Counted from the stretch's first letter, positions 30,146-40,717 are shown. The stretch: DNA of 64,000 bases from a virus (IMGVR_UViG_3300031993_000008:64001-128000); one strand, 5' to 3'. Translations and numbers: made by a program. The notes: a model not told the origin generated them from the sequence alone.

Positions 30146-31432
30146 ATGGATAAAGATTTATTTCAGAATGACCATATAACCGGTAACTCATTGATTGGAT
30201 TTGAGTTCAAAGGACAGTTCAAGGATGATGAGAATGTACTTCTCACCAAATTGAAAGATATACTCAACAGGGAAGTATCATTTTCAAACATCAAATATAA
30301 ACTCCTTGAACCAACAGACCACCAGGCAGTAATGTCACTTGATGGTAGATATTGTGAAGTAAAGACACCTCAATACAGTTACTTTGAGGCACTCTTCATT
30401 CTTCCCAAGATTCTTGAACTTCTCAAGACTCTGAAGGATGACAAAGGTTCATACCTTTATTTCAGGATAGGTTTCAACAAGGAGTTCTGTGACATCACCA
30501 ACATCAATGTGATGAAGTTCATACTTGAGTTTAAGGAAGAATATATCCTGAAACATATCACAGACCTTACTCTTGATGGTAGTTTTGAAAAACTCACAGA
30601 CATTAAACCCACAGACATTGAAGCATGTATCGATGACACAAAGAAGAGAATGGATGGTCTGAAATACACTGATTATGAAGACATCTATGGTATTGACTTC
30701 AGTACAATCAAACTGGGTTACATCACATTCACATATGCCAGGGAGATTAACTTCAGAAACAAATGGGAAGAACTTCTCAAATGTCTGAACCATACAATCA
30801 TCACACTCTACAACACAAGTTCATCTTATGACTTCTCTGATGATGAGAAGAATAAGATTGATGAGATTGAAAAGAAATATAAAGAGACATCCCAGGCATT
30901 TGGTTGTTATGAACTCTTCAAGGAAAAATACAAGGGTATCAAACTCACTAAAGACCTCAACAATGACAATATGGATATTGATATCATCTTCCCTGCAATC
31001 AAGGATAAACTCTTTGACATTGTAGTAAGATGTGGTATCAAGGAAGCAGAAATCAATTATGATTCAGATATTTCCAGAATTCAACTCAAGAATATTGAAA
31101 CCAAGAAATGCTATCACCTCAATGGTGTTGACATAGTTGACAGCGAACTCACCAACTGTACATTGAGAGACTGTGACCTTTATGACACAAAGGTTGAAAA
31201 GTCATCAATCATCAAATGTAATCTCTTCGGATATGCTGACTGCAAAGACTGTAAGATTAAGGATACTTTTGTAAGCAGAAACATCAAACTGAAGGATTGT
31301 AGGGTTACCGGTGCCCTTGGTAAGATGGGTGGTATTATGAAAGGTGGATCCCTCAAAGACACAACAGTTATTACATCAATGGCAGATATTGCCGATGATG
31401 TTGATAAGAACAATGTAAATGAAATCCAGTAA
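30146..31432 (+). CDS. Late protein: degenerate amidoligase-like N-terminus plus beta-helix-like C-terminus
   Basis: IGFEFKG, EVKTP, YGIDF..YITF; C-terminal DSELTNCTLRDCDLYDTKVEKSSIIKC pentapeptide-like repeats. Confidence 0.55.
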   Translation: MDKDLFQNDHITGNSLIGFEFKGQFKDDENVLLTKLKDILNREVSFSNIKYKLLEPTDHQAVMSLDGRYCEVKTPQYSYFEALFILPKILELLKTLKDDKGSYLYFRIGFNKEFCDITNINVMKFILEFKEEYILKHITDLTLDGSFEKLTDIKPTDIEACIDDTKKRMDGLKYTDYEDIYGIDFSTIKLGYITFTYAREINFRNKWEELLKCLNHTIITLYNTSSSYDFSDDEKNKIDEIEKKYKETSQAFGCYELFKEKYKGIKLTKDLNNDNMDIDIIFPAIKDKLFDIVVRCGIKEAEINYDSDISRIQLKNIETKKCYHLNGVDIVDSELTNCTLRDCDLYDTKVEKSSIIKCNLFGYADCKDCKIKDTFVSRNIKLKDCRVTGALGKMGGIMKGGSLKDTTVITSMADIADDVDKNNVNEIQ

Positions 31433-31791
31433 TGTTAAAAGACATTTATGCAATTCCTGAAGAGGAACCAAGATATAAGAATGATGTACTTGAAATCACC
31501 AGTGAATTGGATGAAATCATACAACAGGTTGATATGATTCTCTTCACCAATAAGGGTGATGTCCTGGGTATGCCTGATTTTGGATGTAACCTCAGTAGGT
31601 ATTTGTTTGACACATCATATGATGAAAACCTCATCAAACAGATAATAATGTCACAAATAAGAAGTTTCATTTACCTTGATGGGTCATATACAGTGGATGT
31701 TGATGTGAGTTTTGTCAAGTGGGACTACAATGTGGCAATGGTGGTGGATTTGAATATAAACAATAAAAAGGTTGCCTCATACCTGGTTTAA
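31432..31791 (+). CDS. gp25-like baseplate wedge subunit
   Basis: MILFTNKGDVLGMPDFGCNLSRYLFD. Confidence 0.85.
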   Translation: MLKDIYAIPEEEPRYKNDVLEITSELDEIIQQVDMILFTNKGDVLGMPDFGCNLSRYLFDTSYDENLIKQIIMSQIRSFIYLDGSYTVDVDVSFVKWDYNVAMVVDLNINNKKVASYLV

Positions 31792-31861
31792 ACACAAGAG
31801 ATGATGTTCTATCATCTCTTTTTTTCATAAATACTTATATAATATACAGATACCAGTTATA

Positions 31862-33634
31862 ATGGGATTTTTATCTAAAACAAGACTTAAAGCCAGTGAA
31901 TTGATGGAACAGGCTGTAGTATTCCTTCATAAGAAATACAACCAGGCAGCACATGTGTTCACAGCAGCATCTCCATTCGGACAGTTACTGACAGTCATAG
32001 CAAATATGGCTGAACTCATCTTCACATATATTGCCCATACAGCAGAGGAACTCAATATCAAGACTGCCCAGAATGTGGAGACAATATATGGTCTTGCACA
32101 GATGACTGGACATGATGCTTATAGGGGTGGAAGTGCCTATGGTATGATGGCACTCAAGATAAATACATCTTCAGATCTTATTGAGGGTAATTATGTAACC
32201 ATCAATAATTTCTCAAAGTTCACAATTGCTGAAACAGGATGTACATACTTTATAAATCTTCCAAGTGACTACATCAAACTCAATGTGGCTGCTGATGATT
32301 TTGTGAATGTCAATTTTATCCAGGGTACTCCTGAAACACAGACATTTACATCTGATGGTACACCTCTCCAATCATTCAATCCTATTATAAAGTCAATGAC
32401 AGACAATGATAATGTTGCTGTCACTGTAAACGGTAAGGAATGGAAGAGAGTTGACAGTCTTTATGATATGCCAGCAGATGATGGTTATGAAAGTTCAGAA
32501 TGTTTCATTGCAAAGTCTTCAGTGAATGTCGGTCTTTCAATCTTCTTCGGAAATGGTGAGTTTGGTAAGATTCCACCTGCCGGTGCCACAATAGAAGTAA
32601 CATATATCAAGACAGATGGTGCTACCGGAAACAGTACATCAGCAAGTCTGAATTATATGTTTGATGATTCAGGTATTGATGAGTATGGTAATGAGGTCAA
32701 CCTTAATGACATACTCACAGTTGAAACCATTGTACCTCCTACACTGGGAAGTAATTTTGAAGACCCTGAATTTACAAAGATGGTTGCACCAAAGGCAAGT
32801 AAGTCATTTGTTCTGGCAACCCCGGAGAACTATGTAAGTTACCTTTCAAAGTACAACCAGTATTCATTCATATATGCTTATAACACAAAGGATGATGCTA
32901 ATGTGTATGATGACAATGTGATTTACCTTAAAATCATACCTAATGTCAAAAAGAAACTCTCAAACAGCCAGGACTTCTTTGAACTTCCTACAAAGGAATT
33001 CATATTGAGTGAGTATGAAAAGGCATCAATTATCAATGCTCTTGACAATTCAGGAAGGATGCTTGTAAACAGTGAGGTTGAAATTGTGGATCCTACTGTA
33101 AAGAAATATGTGATCAATATCATTGTAAGATACTTTGAAGACATTGATAAGGCTCAAATAAGAGCAAGTATCAGGTCTCTTCTCAACAAATACTATCTCA
33201 ACATCAACAGAAATGACATTGTTCCTCTCTCTGACATCATATCTCTTGTGGAGAGTGTGGATGGTGTTGACACCTGTGATGTATTCTTTGTAAATGAGGA
33301 AAATGAAAGGGCAATCCTGAATGGTTACTATTATACCAATGAGATGTCCTGGAATGGTCTTGAATATACAGAGAACCAGAAGAAAGTATATGTGAACTAT
33401 GATGAAGACCCAAGAATAGGTTTCGATGATTTCGGTAACCTGAAAGTAAATGAATATGAAGTCTTCATTCCAAAAGGTGGATGGAAGGACAGAGACGGAA
33501 ACTATTATACAGAAACACCGGAAGATGGTAAGCTTGGTCCTCTCAACATATTCTTCATAGATAAGGTTGACAGTTCATCATATAACCTTGCTATGCAGAG
33601 AAAACTCAATACACTCTTGAAAAATAACTCTTAA
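31862..33634 (+). CDS. gp6-like baseplate wedge protein
   Basis: NIKTAQ..IYGLAQMTG, IFFGNGEFGKIP..IEVTYIKTDGATGN, LATPENY; follows gp25. Confidence 0.85.
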   Translation: MGFLSKTRLKASELMEQAVVFLHKKYNQAAHVFTAASPFGQLLTVIANMAELIFTYIAHTAEELNIKTAQNVETIYGLAQMTGHDAYRGGSAYGMMALKINTSSDLIEGNYVTINNFSKFTIAETGCTYFINLPSDYIKLNVAADDFVNVNFIQGTPETQTFTSDGTPLQSFNPIIKSMTDNDNVAVTVNGKEWKRVDSLYDMPADDGYESSECFIAKSSVNVGLSIFFGNGEFGKIPPAGATIEVTYIKTDGATGNSTSASLNYMFDDSGIDEYGNEVNLNDILTVETIVPPTLGSNFEDPEFTKMVAPKASKSFVLATPENYVSYLSKYNQYSFIYAYNTKDDANVYDDNVIYLKIIPNVKKKLSNSQDFFELPTKEFILSEYEKASIINALDNSGRMLVNSEVEIVDPTVKKYVINIIVRYFEDIDKAQIRASIRSLLNKYYLNINRNDIVPLSDIISLVESVDGVDTCDVFFVNEENERAILNGYYYTNEMSWNGLEYTENQKKVYVNYDEDPRIGFDDFGNLKVNEYEVFIPKGGWKDRDGNYYTETPEDGKLGPLNIFFIDKVDSSSYNLAMQRKLNTLLKNNS

Positions 33635-33637
33635 TAG

Positions 33638-33922
33638 ATGGATACCTCAAAGAATAATGACTTGAACATCCTTAAATATAAAGGATTTGATTCCATCTAT
33701 GATTCAATAAATGAAAGCAGATGGAAGACAAAGAATGAAGGTTACAAGTATGAAGATACACTGATGGAAGACAATACCAGTAAGTACCTTCAAAAGAACC
33801 CTACAATGAGACAGTTCTTTCCATATTTGAATAAGATTATGTCTCACCTCATCAACAGTGTAAAGTATTTGAGAAACTTCAATAACTATGCTGTAAGAAA
33901 AGACTACAAAAGAATTGACTAA
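33638..33922 (+). CDS. Hypothetical baseplate-cluster protein
   Basis: 94 aa ORF translationally coupled within the operon. Confidence 0.7.
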   Translation: MDTSKNNDLNILKYKGFDSIYDSINESRWKTKNEGYKYEDTLMEDNTSKYLQKNPTMRQFFPYLNKIMSHLINSVKYLRNFNNYAVRKDYKRID

Positions 33923-36315
33923 TGAATATAGACAATTTACATTTTTTTGATAGTAACGGTTACGAACTTAATTTTGAACAGAATTCTGATGGATTCTGGG
34001 AGGGTTCTATTTATCTTCCCAAGGTGAGTGTTGGTCTTTATACAAACACATCTATCTATGTCCTTGAAAAGTTAGACCCATCAGAGTTCTCATACTCAAA
34101 TGAATACTTCTCTGATGTAGTAAATCAAATAAACACATCAAAATTCAACAATGAGTATTTCTTCCCTATTGGTGATGGTAAGATAAAGTTCACCTGGGAT
34201 CCTCTCAATACATTTGTTGATGAGTTCTTTATGTTTGACTTTGATGAGTCATATACTCTCAAGGAAACATCATCACTCACATACACTCCAAATGATGGTC
34301 CTGAATGTAATACTCTTCTCATAAACACATTTGATACATATGAGATTCCTCTGGACAATACACTGAACTCAAAGGCACTTCCTATTCATATTGCATTTAT
34401 GGCAAATGAAAGGTATGATGCAACAACATACAACAGGACTCTCATAATGTCTTATAAAGGACAGACAGTAGCAAAAATTAAGTTCTATACAGAAACTGTT
34501 GAAGAGGATGAGAGATTGAAGATATGGAATGCTAACCTGGGTTACAACATTACTCCTGAGGATGAGATGTTGTTCTACAAGAGTGACATCAAGGAATATA
34601 AACCCGATTACATACTTCTCAATGAAAAGAGAAAGGAACTTATGATGGAGGGTAGTAATATCTATCCTTATATTGGTTCATACAAGGCCATAATAAATGC
34701 CATCAAGTTCTTTGGATACAACAACCTCAACATCATTGAATACTGGAGGAATGTGAATCCGGATGATGAAAACTTTGGTAAGATATATCACAGTTCAAAA
34801 TACAGTCTCACAAACAAGGAGACATTAAGAATTGGTGCAAGAACAATCACACTTCCTAATAAGGATTACAAGAAGATAAATTCTCTTGCTCTTGTATATT
34901 CCATCAACAAACCTTTGAAAGAGAGGAATGAGATGGATCTCCCTCTTGTAAAGGAACAATTCACATACACCATTGAAGAGGCACTCATAAAACTCTTTGG
35001 ATTAAGGAAGAAACTCAATAAGGAGTTTATGCCTGGCACCAGTAGAATCATTGATATTATTGGTGAGGCAAATTATTTTGTTTCATATGGTATAACAAAA
35101 ATACACAACTCATCATGTATTCTTCCATCTGAAAAAAGATATACTGCTGATTTTGAAGTTACACCAGGTAAATACTTACATATAACAGGTGATGACGAAC
35201 AGGAGGAATATTATGCATATGTAACTATAAAGAATACATCATTTGATCCTGTCACATTTGAAAACTGTGAGTTGAAATTCAATTGTATAGACAACCCTTT
35301 GTGTCTTCTTAATTCAGAATCATCAGAGATCAAGATGGGTGATAATAGTTTATCATTTGGAAATATTGACCAATTAGGTAAACCTGAATCAATAACATGG
35401 GATATTAAAATGTCTGATGACCAACTGGATGAAGACTTGATAAAGGTTGATATTGAAAAGTATTATAAAAAAGATTCATTTGCTCCACACAGTTCTTTTG
35501 ATTATGGTTCACAGGGTTATACTGAAAGAACATTTGAACTTCCATTTATTGGTTATTATGATGTAACTTTAACACTTAATTATAGTAATCTTCCAGAGCC
35601 AATAAAAAAGACAAAGAAAAAGTGTATAAAAGTTGAACCATATAATATCAGTCTTCTTGGTTTCTATTATGATGCAAGAAATCTTCCTGAATCATTAAAA
35701 TATGATATGGATGATAAATTAAGAAATTTCATTCAAGAACATATAAATTATCTGACAGATAATGCAAAAGATGAAAGACCTGAAAATAATACAGAATCTC
35801 AATTTTCAATGCCTAAAGGTACTAACCCTGGTCCATACTTCAATGACAACATTGATAATAACTGGATTATTTCAGATAATATCAATTTTGATATTGCACA
35901 ACTAAAACCAATTGTTGATTATACAAGATATATCAAGAATGGTGTTGATGTAAAACCATTTACATGGTTTTTACTCACATATGACTATGGAAAAATAGTA
36001 GGTGTTAAGGATGAGGATAGAGTATGGACTATAATCAATAATTCAGCAGAAGAAGGTGATACAAAAACCTGGACTTGGACAGGTCAATATTTGACATTCT
36101 TACTTAAGAAGGAAGGAAACTATACAATCAAACTAACTCTTACAGATAAGAATGGTAATGTATATGAAGTATCCAGAAATATCATTGTTGTAAGTAAATC
36201 AGCGGATTATAAGTTATATCAGACATTCAAGAGAGAATATGATTATATGATTCAGCAGGATGAATTAAATGCTCTCAATGAATATTATTTGATTGATAGA
36301 GAAGAAACTGAATAA
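33922..36315 (+). CDS. Probable baseplate protein (gp7-like position) with PKD/Ig-like segments
   Basis: IYPYIGSYKAIINAIKFFG, GYYDVTLTL, EGNYTIKLTLTDKNGN; follows gp6. Confidence 0.6.
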   Translation: MNIDNLHFFDSNGYELNFEQNSDGFWEGSIYLPKVSVGLYTNTSIYVLEKLDPSEFSYSNEYFSDVVNQINTSKFNNEYFFPIGDGKIKFTWDPLNTFVDEFFMFDFDESYTLKETSSLTYTPNDGPECNTLLINTFDTYEIPLDNTLNSKALPIHIAFMANERYDATTYNRTLIMSYKGQTVAKIKFYTETVEEDERLKIWNANLGYNITPEDEMLFYKSDIKEYKPDYILLNEKRKELMMEGSNIYPYIGSYKAIINAIKFFGYNNLNIIEYWRNVNPDDENFGKIYHSSKYSLTNKETLRIGARTITLPNKDYKKINSLALVYSINKPLKERNEMDLPLVKEQFTYTIEEALIKLFGLRKKLNKEFMPGTSRIIDIIGEANYFVSYGITKIHNSSCILPSEKRYTADFEVTPGKYLHITGDDEQEEYYAYVTIKNTSFDPVTFENCELKFNCIDNPLCLLNSESSEIKMGDNSLSFGNIDQLGKPESITWDIKMSDDQLDEDLIKVDIEKYYKKDSFAPHSSFDYGSQGYTERTFELPFIGYYDVTLTLNYSNLPEPIKKTKKKCIKVEPYNISLLGFYYDARNLPESLKYDMDDKLRNFIQEHINYLTDNAKDERPENNTESQFSMPKGTNPGPYFNDNIDNNWIISDNINFDIAQLKPIVDYTRYIKNGVDVKPFTWFLLTYDYGKIVGVKDEDRVWTIINNSAEEGDTKTWTWTGQYLTFLLKKEGNYTIKLTLTDKNGNVYEVSRNIIVVSKSADYKLYQTFKREYDYMIQQDELNALNEYYLIDREETE

Positions 36316-36361
36316 CTTTTATCATAAATATATTATAATACATTCATAAAACAAATTGATT

Positions 36362-37381
36362 ATGGAAGAAAACAAAAAAGACATTGTTGAACCTGTAGTT
36401 GAATCAACATCAGAAGACAATGCTACACCTGTAGTTGAATCAACACAGGAGAAAGATCAAGATGAAAATGAAACAGTTGATAATAACACTGAAACAGATC
36501 CAGAACCTGTTACAACAGATGAACCAACTCCAGAACCAGAACCAGTAGCAGAACCCACTGAACCAGAATCTGGTGTTGAACCAGTAGAACCTGTGGCAGA
36601 ACCAGTAGTAGAACCTGTGGCAGAACCAGTGGGAACTGAACCAATAGTTTCAGAACCTGTTGTTACTGAACCTATCACAACTGACCCTGTTGTTACTGAT
36701 CCCATTGTAACAGACCCTATTGTTACTGATGTACCAGTAGAAGACCCAACACTTGCAACAACTGATGAGGTTATTCCTGCACCTGTTGATGTTCCTGCTG
36801 AACAGACAGTAACTGATGACCCTGCAACAATAATTCCAGCAGAACCTGCACCTGTTGATGTACCAGGTGAAACCGTTGGTGCAGATGCAGCATGTGCTGA
36901 TGGTTCATGTTCTGATTGTGGTTCAGATGCTTGTGTATGTTCACCAGAATCACCTGTAACTGTTGCTCATCTGTTTGGTACACTTCAGGAGTGTGTAACT
37001 ATTATCTGGAGATTCCATCTTAAGACAAGAAAACATCATGTTCATGTTGACCTTGCTGATTTCTATGAGAGTGCTCTTGATAAGATTGACAACATCATTG
37101 AACAATACCAGGGTATCTGTGGTATAATTGAGGATCCTTTCGTTAACTGTATTGTAGGTGATGGTAAGGATGAGATTTCCTATCTCCAGGAACTTAAGGC
37201 ATTTGTTGAAAAAAATAAGTGTATTATTGGTGGCAGCTGTGAAATCAATTCTGCAATAGATGAGTTCCTTGGTCTTATTGACACAACCCTTTATAAACTC
37301 ACATCATTTACAGAGAGTGCAGTAAAGTCATTTGAAGAGTTCATATATGAGGACTATAATGAACAGTCAGAAGAAGAGTAA
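36362..37381 (+). CDS. Pro/Glu/Thr-rich repeat protein with C-terminal Dps/ferritin-like (DUF5856-like) domain
   Basis: EPV/TDP repeats; WRFHLKTRKHHVHVDLADFYE..IDNIIEQYQG..TLYKL; VKSFEEFIYE tail; CATAAATA at 36323. Confidence 0.7.
   Translation: MEENKKDIVEPVVESTSEDNATPVVESTQEKDQDENETVDNNTETDPEPVTTDEPTPEPEPVAEPTEPESGVEPVEPVAEPVVEPVAEPVGTEPIVSEPVVTEPITTDPVVTDPIVTDPIVTDVPVEDPTLATTDEVIPAPVDVPAEQTVTDDPATIIPAEPAPVDVPGETVGADAACADGSCSDCGSDACVCSPESPVTVAHLFGTLQECVTIIWRFHLKTRKHHVHVDLADFYESALDKIDNIIEQYQGICGIIEDPFVNCIVGDGKDEISYLQELKAFVEKNKCIIGGSCEINSAIDEFLGLIDTTLYKLTSFTESAVKSFEEFIYEDYNEQSEEE
36498..36880 (+). repeat. Coding tandem repeats (EPVA/EPVV, 15-nt TDPxV units, PAPVDVP x2)
   Basis: gaacctgtggcagaaccagt duplicated; actgaccctgttgtt-type units. 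Confidence 0.8.
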
Positions 37382-37432
37382 ATCAAATACCTGATAAACA
37401 AAAAGAGAGAACTTGATGTTCTCTCTTTTTTT

Positions 37433-38005
37433 TTATACCTTTGCTGGTTCCAGGATCACATTCACCTTGTTTGCTCTCCAATTGGTTGTCACCACCTTTT
37501 GGTCAACCTCATTTGAACTGAAATCAAATTCAAGACCACTTACACCTGTAAATAGAAGGTCATCAAATGTAATCCTGTATAATGAACGGTTATAACAGTC
37601 CAGGATTTCCATACCTGGTGTTGCTGGAATAAACTTTGGATCTGGTTCTGCTGTATAGTAATACATAAAGAGGTCTGTCAGCATTGACCATATTATATAT
37701 GCTGAATCCAACTGAAAGGTAATGGTCATAGATTTCTTCCATAAGAAGTCTGGAAAGAAGTCAGACCTTTTCAATCTTCCATAAGGAGTTCCTCTATCCA
37801 CCTGTTCAATAGGATCATATTCAGCAGGGTTCACTTCAAGTTCAACAGACTTGATACTGTAATTGAGGAAATCAACAACTGTGGTACACATATTTCCCGG
37901 TATCCTGTTAAGGATTGGAGAATACTTATCCTCTATCTCCTTTGGAACAAACACCTTTGGAAAATTAAACTTGAAGTTATTATTTTTTCCGCTTAAAAAA
38001 GCCAT
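37433..38005 (-). CDS. gp3/gp19-like tail tube-family protein (tube terminator)
   Basis: NNFKFNFP, MTITFQLD, EILD..ITFDDLLFTGVSGLEF; late promoter at 38030-38037. Confidence 0.6.
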   Translation of the reverse strand: MAFLSGKNNNFKFNFPKVFVPKEIEDKYSPILNRIPGNMCTTVVDFLNYSIKSVELEVNPAEYDPIEQVDRGTPYGRLKRSDFFPDFLWKKSMTITFQLDSAYIIWSMLTDLFMYYYTAEPDPKFIPATPGMEILDCYNRSLYRITFDDLLFTGVSGLEFDFSSNEVDQKVVTTNWRANKVNVILEPAKV

Positions 38006-38091
38006 ACAATATTCAGATGATATATATTGTATTTATGAAAAAAGTGGTCATTCCAAAAGGAACAACCACTTATTCTTTTATAAATCAGTAT

Positions 38092-39264
38092 TTAAGAAAT
38101 CTTCAATCTGACTGTCTTCTTGACCACATCCACATTTTCAACCGGAAGTTCTACTTCCTGACCTACTGTGAGTTTGTCAATCTCAACAACCTTTGATGAG
38201 AGGAAGAATGTGATTCCATTGAACTCCTCAGAGAGGATAACCACACCATTGTCAAAGATGTTCTTTACAACACCCTTCAACTTATAGTCAGGTATCTTCT
38301 CAATGGTCTCCTTCAACTTATCCCAACCCTCTGACTTACTTACAGTCTGGGTGATGATAACCTTCTCATCACTAATACTGTCAATGTAGAAGTCAATAGA
38401 ATCACCAACCTTAAGTTGACCACTCTTGAACTTGGCTTCTGTTATCTCATTCATTTCTGATACAGAAAGTAAAGTAGCAACACACTTGTCAATAAGGATG
38501 AATACACCGAAATGCTTGATAGATGAAACAACACCGGTAACAACACTACCCTTGTCAAGGTTGATGAGTCTGTCAAGAACACCAGGTTTGAGAGTATTGA
38601 GATATTCCTTGTGTGATACAATGATACTGTCCTTAATCTGATTGACAGGCATTACAAACAGTTCTTTATTAAGGAGATCATTGAAATTGTTGAGTGGAAC
38701 AATATCTGACTCTGTACCAGGCATAAAACACCTGACACCCTTGATGTCAACAATGAATCCATTGAATACATTTGCATTATTGTACACAATCTCCTTCACA
38801 AGACCCAGATATGCTGATGTAGGAGTCTGGATTTCACTTATAAGTTCCTGTTTCAGTCTCTCTACCTGTGCTGCCTTTGAAGAGGCATCAGCATTGAGAT
38901 GACCTCTGTTCTTTGTTACAACAACATCAATCTTGTCACCTACATTAACCTTCTCATTGGCATTTATCTCAACAAATACTGAATGCTTCTGTGAAAGAGC
39001 AATATCAGCTGTTGATTTTTCCTCATCATATCTGGAAATCTCACCCCTTCTGACATCTTTAAACTTACCAAGTCTCTCATATTCAACAATAGCATCCAGA
39101 ACATCACCGGAGCATGACTGTGAATATTTCTTCATTGCCTCAACTACATAAGGCTTGTTACAAAGGATTCTTTCACCTTTGTGTACAGGAATTTCAACAA
39201 CTTGGGAATTCAGGGGATCTGATTCAGAAAAGATTTCAATTCTTTGAGTTAAAATATCACTCAT
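38092..39264 (-). CDS. Ribosomal protein S1-like multi-S1-domain protein
   Basis: GFIVDIKGVRCFMPGTE..IIVSHK, KGSVVTGVVSSIKHFGVFI, KGVVKNIFDNGV; late promoter at 39313-39320. Confidence 0.8.
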   Translation of the reverse strand: MSDILTQRIEIFSESDPLNSQVVEIPVHKGERILCNKPYVVEAMKKYSQSCSGDVLDAIVEYERLGKFKDVRRGEISRYDEEKSTADIALSQKHSVFVEINANEKVNVGDKIDVVVTKNRGHLNADASSKAAQVERLKQELISEIQTPTSAYLGLVKEIVYNNANVFNGFIVDIKGVRCFMPGTESDIVPLNNFNDLLNKELFVMPVNQIKDSIIVSHKEYLNTLKPGVLDRLINLDKGSVVTGVVSSIKHFGVFILIDKCVATLLSVSEMNEITEAKFKSGQLKVGDSIDFYIDSISDEKVIITQTVSKSEGWDKLKETIEKIPDYKLKGVVKNIFDNGVVILSEEFNGITFFLSSKVVEIDKLTVGQEVELPVENVDVVKKTVRLKIS

Positions 39265-39377
39265 TATAATCAATATTAAAGTTCCAGAACGGAACAGTTA
39301 AACAATACAAAGTATTTATGAAAAATATTAAATAGTTTTCAGGATACCTTATAATATCCTGAAAACCATCAACTTAT

Positions 39378-40205
39378 TTATTCATCAACCTCTGGTGCTA
39401 CCTCTTCCTGGGTTGAAGGTTTTATCTCATCTTCAGGAATATCATTCTCACTGCGGTTGAACTCTTCCTCAACAGCATTGAGGTCTGCACCCAACTGACG
39501 GGTTGTAGCATTATCCTTCTGAATCTGACGGACAGCATTTGAAACTGACTGACCACAGTTTGCCCAACACTCAAGGAAAGTACGGGCTTCATAGAATCCC
39601 TTACCATTGAAGTCTTCCATAATACATCTCCAGAGACTCAACACACTTGCTGAACGGAGGATGATTACATTATCAAACTCCTTACTATTAACCCATGCCT
39701 TATTCTCCTCCATATTGCGGACCAGGACCATAAGGTTGACAGCACTCTTTGCAGTGAATGACACATTATGGTACAGATACTCAAGGAGCTGCTTGAACAC
39801 CTTCTTACCCTTTGCAGGATTGATGGGTTCACCCTCCTTCTCTGGTTTTGGAGCAACCTCAATATGATACTCCTTGATGGTATCATTTCTGTATGCCTCC
39901 TCAAACTTCTTTGCCAACTCATCAAGAATGGGCTTGAGTTCAGACTGCTTGTATGAGAGTTCAGCAATCTTCTTTTCTGTCTCTTCTATTCTTGCATTGG
40001 TGGAATCAACATGACCCTTCTGAAGTTCATACTCCTTTGAACCTACACCGAATACAGTCTCTGCATTCTTCAGGTCTTTCTGATGACCAATCAACTCTTC
40101 CTTGATTGACTCAAGTTCAGTGCGGGTCTTCTGTAACTCTTCCACTCTCTTTACTGCATCAGCAATCTGCTCATCAGTAACAACTACTTTTACTTCTTCT
40201 GCCAT
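39378..40205 (-). CDS. Hypothetical coiled-coil protein
   Basis: 275 aa; middle promoter at 40240-40252. Confidence 0.8.
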   Translation of the reverse strand: MAEEVKVVVTDEQIADAVKRVEELQKTRTELESIKEELIGHQKDLKNAETVFGVGSKEYELQKGHVDSTNARIEETEKKIAELSYKQSELKPILDELAKKFEEAYRNDTIKEYHIEVAPKPEKEGEPINPAKGKKVFKQLLEYLYHNVSFTAKSAVNLMVLVRNMEENKAWVNSKEFDNVIILRSASVLSLWRCIMEDFNGKGFYEARTFLECWANCGQSVSNAVRQIQKDNATTRQLGADLNAVEEEFNRSENDIPEDEIKPSTQEEVAPEVDE

Positions 40206-40252
40206 TTTATTATTATTAAATATTAGAAATCCTTTACACTAAAAATAACAAA

Positions 40253-40504
40253 TTATAATGATTTTATTAAAGACTCCTTGTCACTAAACAATTCATTATT
40301 TTTACAACTAACAATTGTCTCAGTATTGAGATATTTGCTTTCTTTAATAGCAACATCAAATTTCTCTACTGTGACAACAGTTTCATGGTCTATATTACTT
40401 ATATATTTTCTATACCACATATTCTTAATGTGTCCGCATTCAATATGGTTCTCATACATGATCCATACCTTTTCTCCAATGCTTCTTTTAAATGTCACCT
40501 TCAT
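40253..40504 (-). CDS. Small hypothetical protein (paralogue of 40506..40715)
   Basis: IGEKVWIMYEN..LFSDKESLIKSL. Confidence 0.75.
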   Translation of the reverse strand: MKVTFKRSIGEKVWIMYENHIECGHIKNMWYRKYISNIDHETVVTVEKFDVAIKESKYLNTETIVSCKNNELFSDKESLIKSL

Positions 40505-40505
40505 A

Positions 40506-40715
40506 TTACAATGATTTTAATAATTCTTCTTTTGTTGGAAACAATCTATCCTCATAATATTTTTCAGATACATAATCCAACTCATAATAAATGCTGACAG
40601 CCTTATTCTTATCTATATTGACATCATACATAGTCACGGTCTTTTCAACAGCCTTGTTTTCGTAAATGAGCCAAACCCTGTCACCAATATTAAATTTTAT
40701 ATTTACATCACACAT
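40506..40715 (-). CDS. Small hypothetical protein (paralogue of 40253..40504)
   Basis: FNIGDRVWLIYEN..LFPTKEELLKSL. Confidence 0.75.
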   Translation of the reverse strand: MCDVNIKFNIGDRVWLIYENKAVEKTVTMYDVNIDKNKAVSIYYELDYVSEKYYEDRLFPTKEELLKSL

Positions 40716-40717
40716 AA

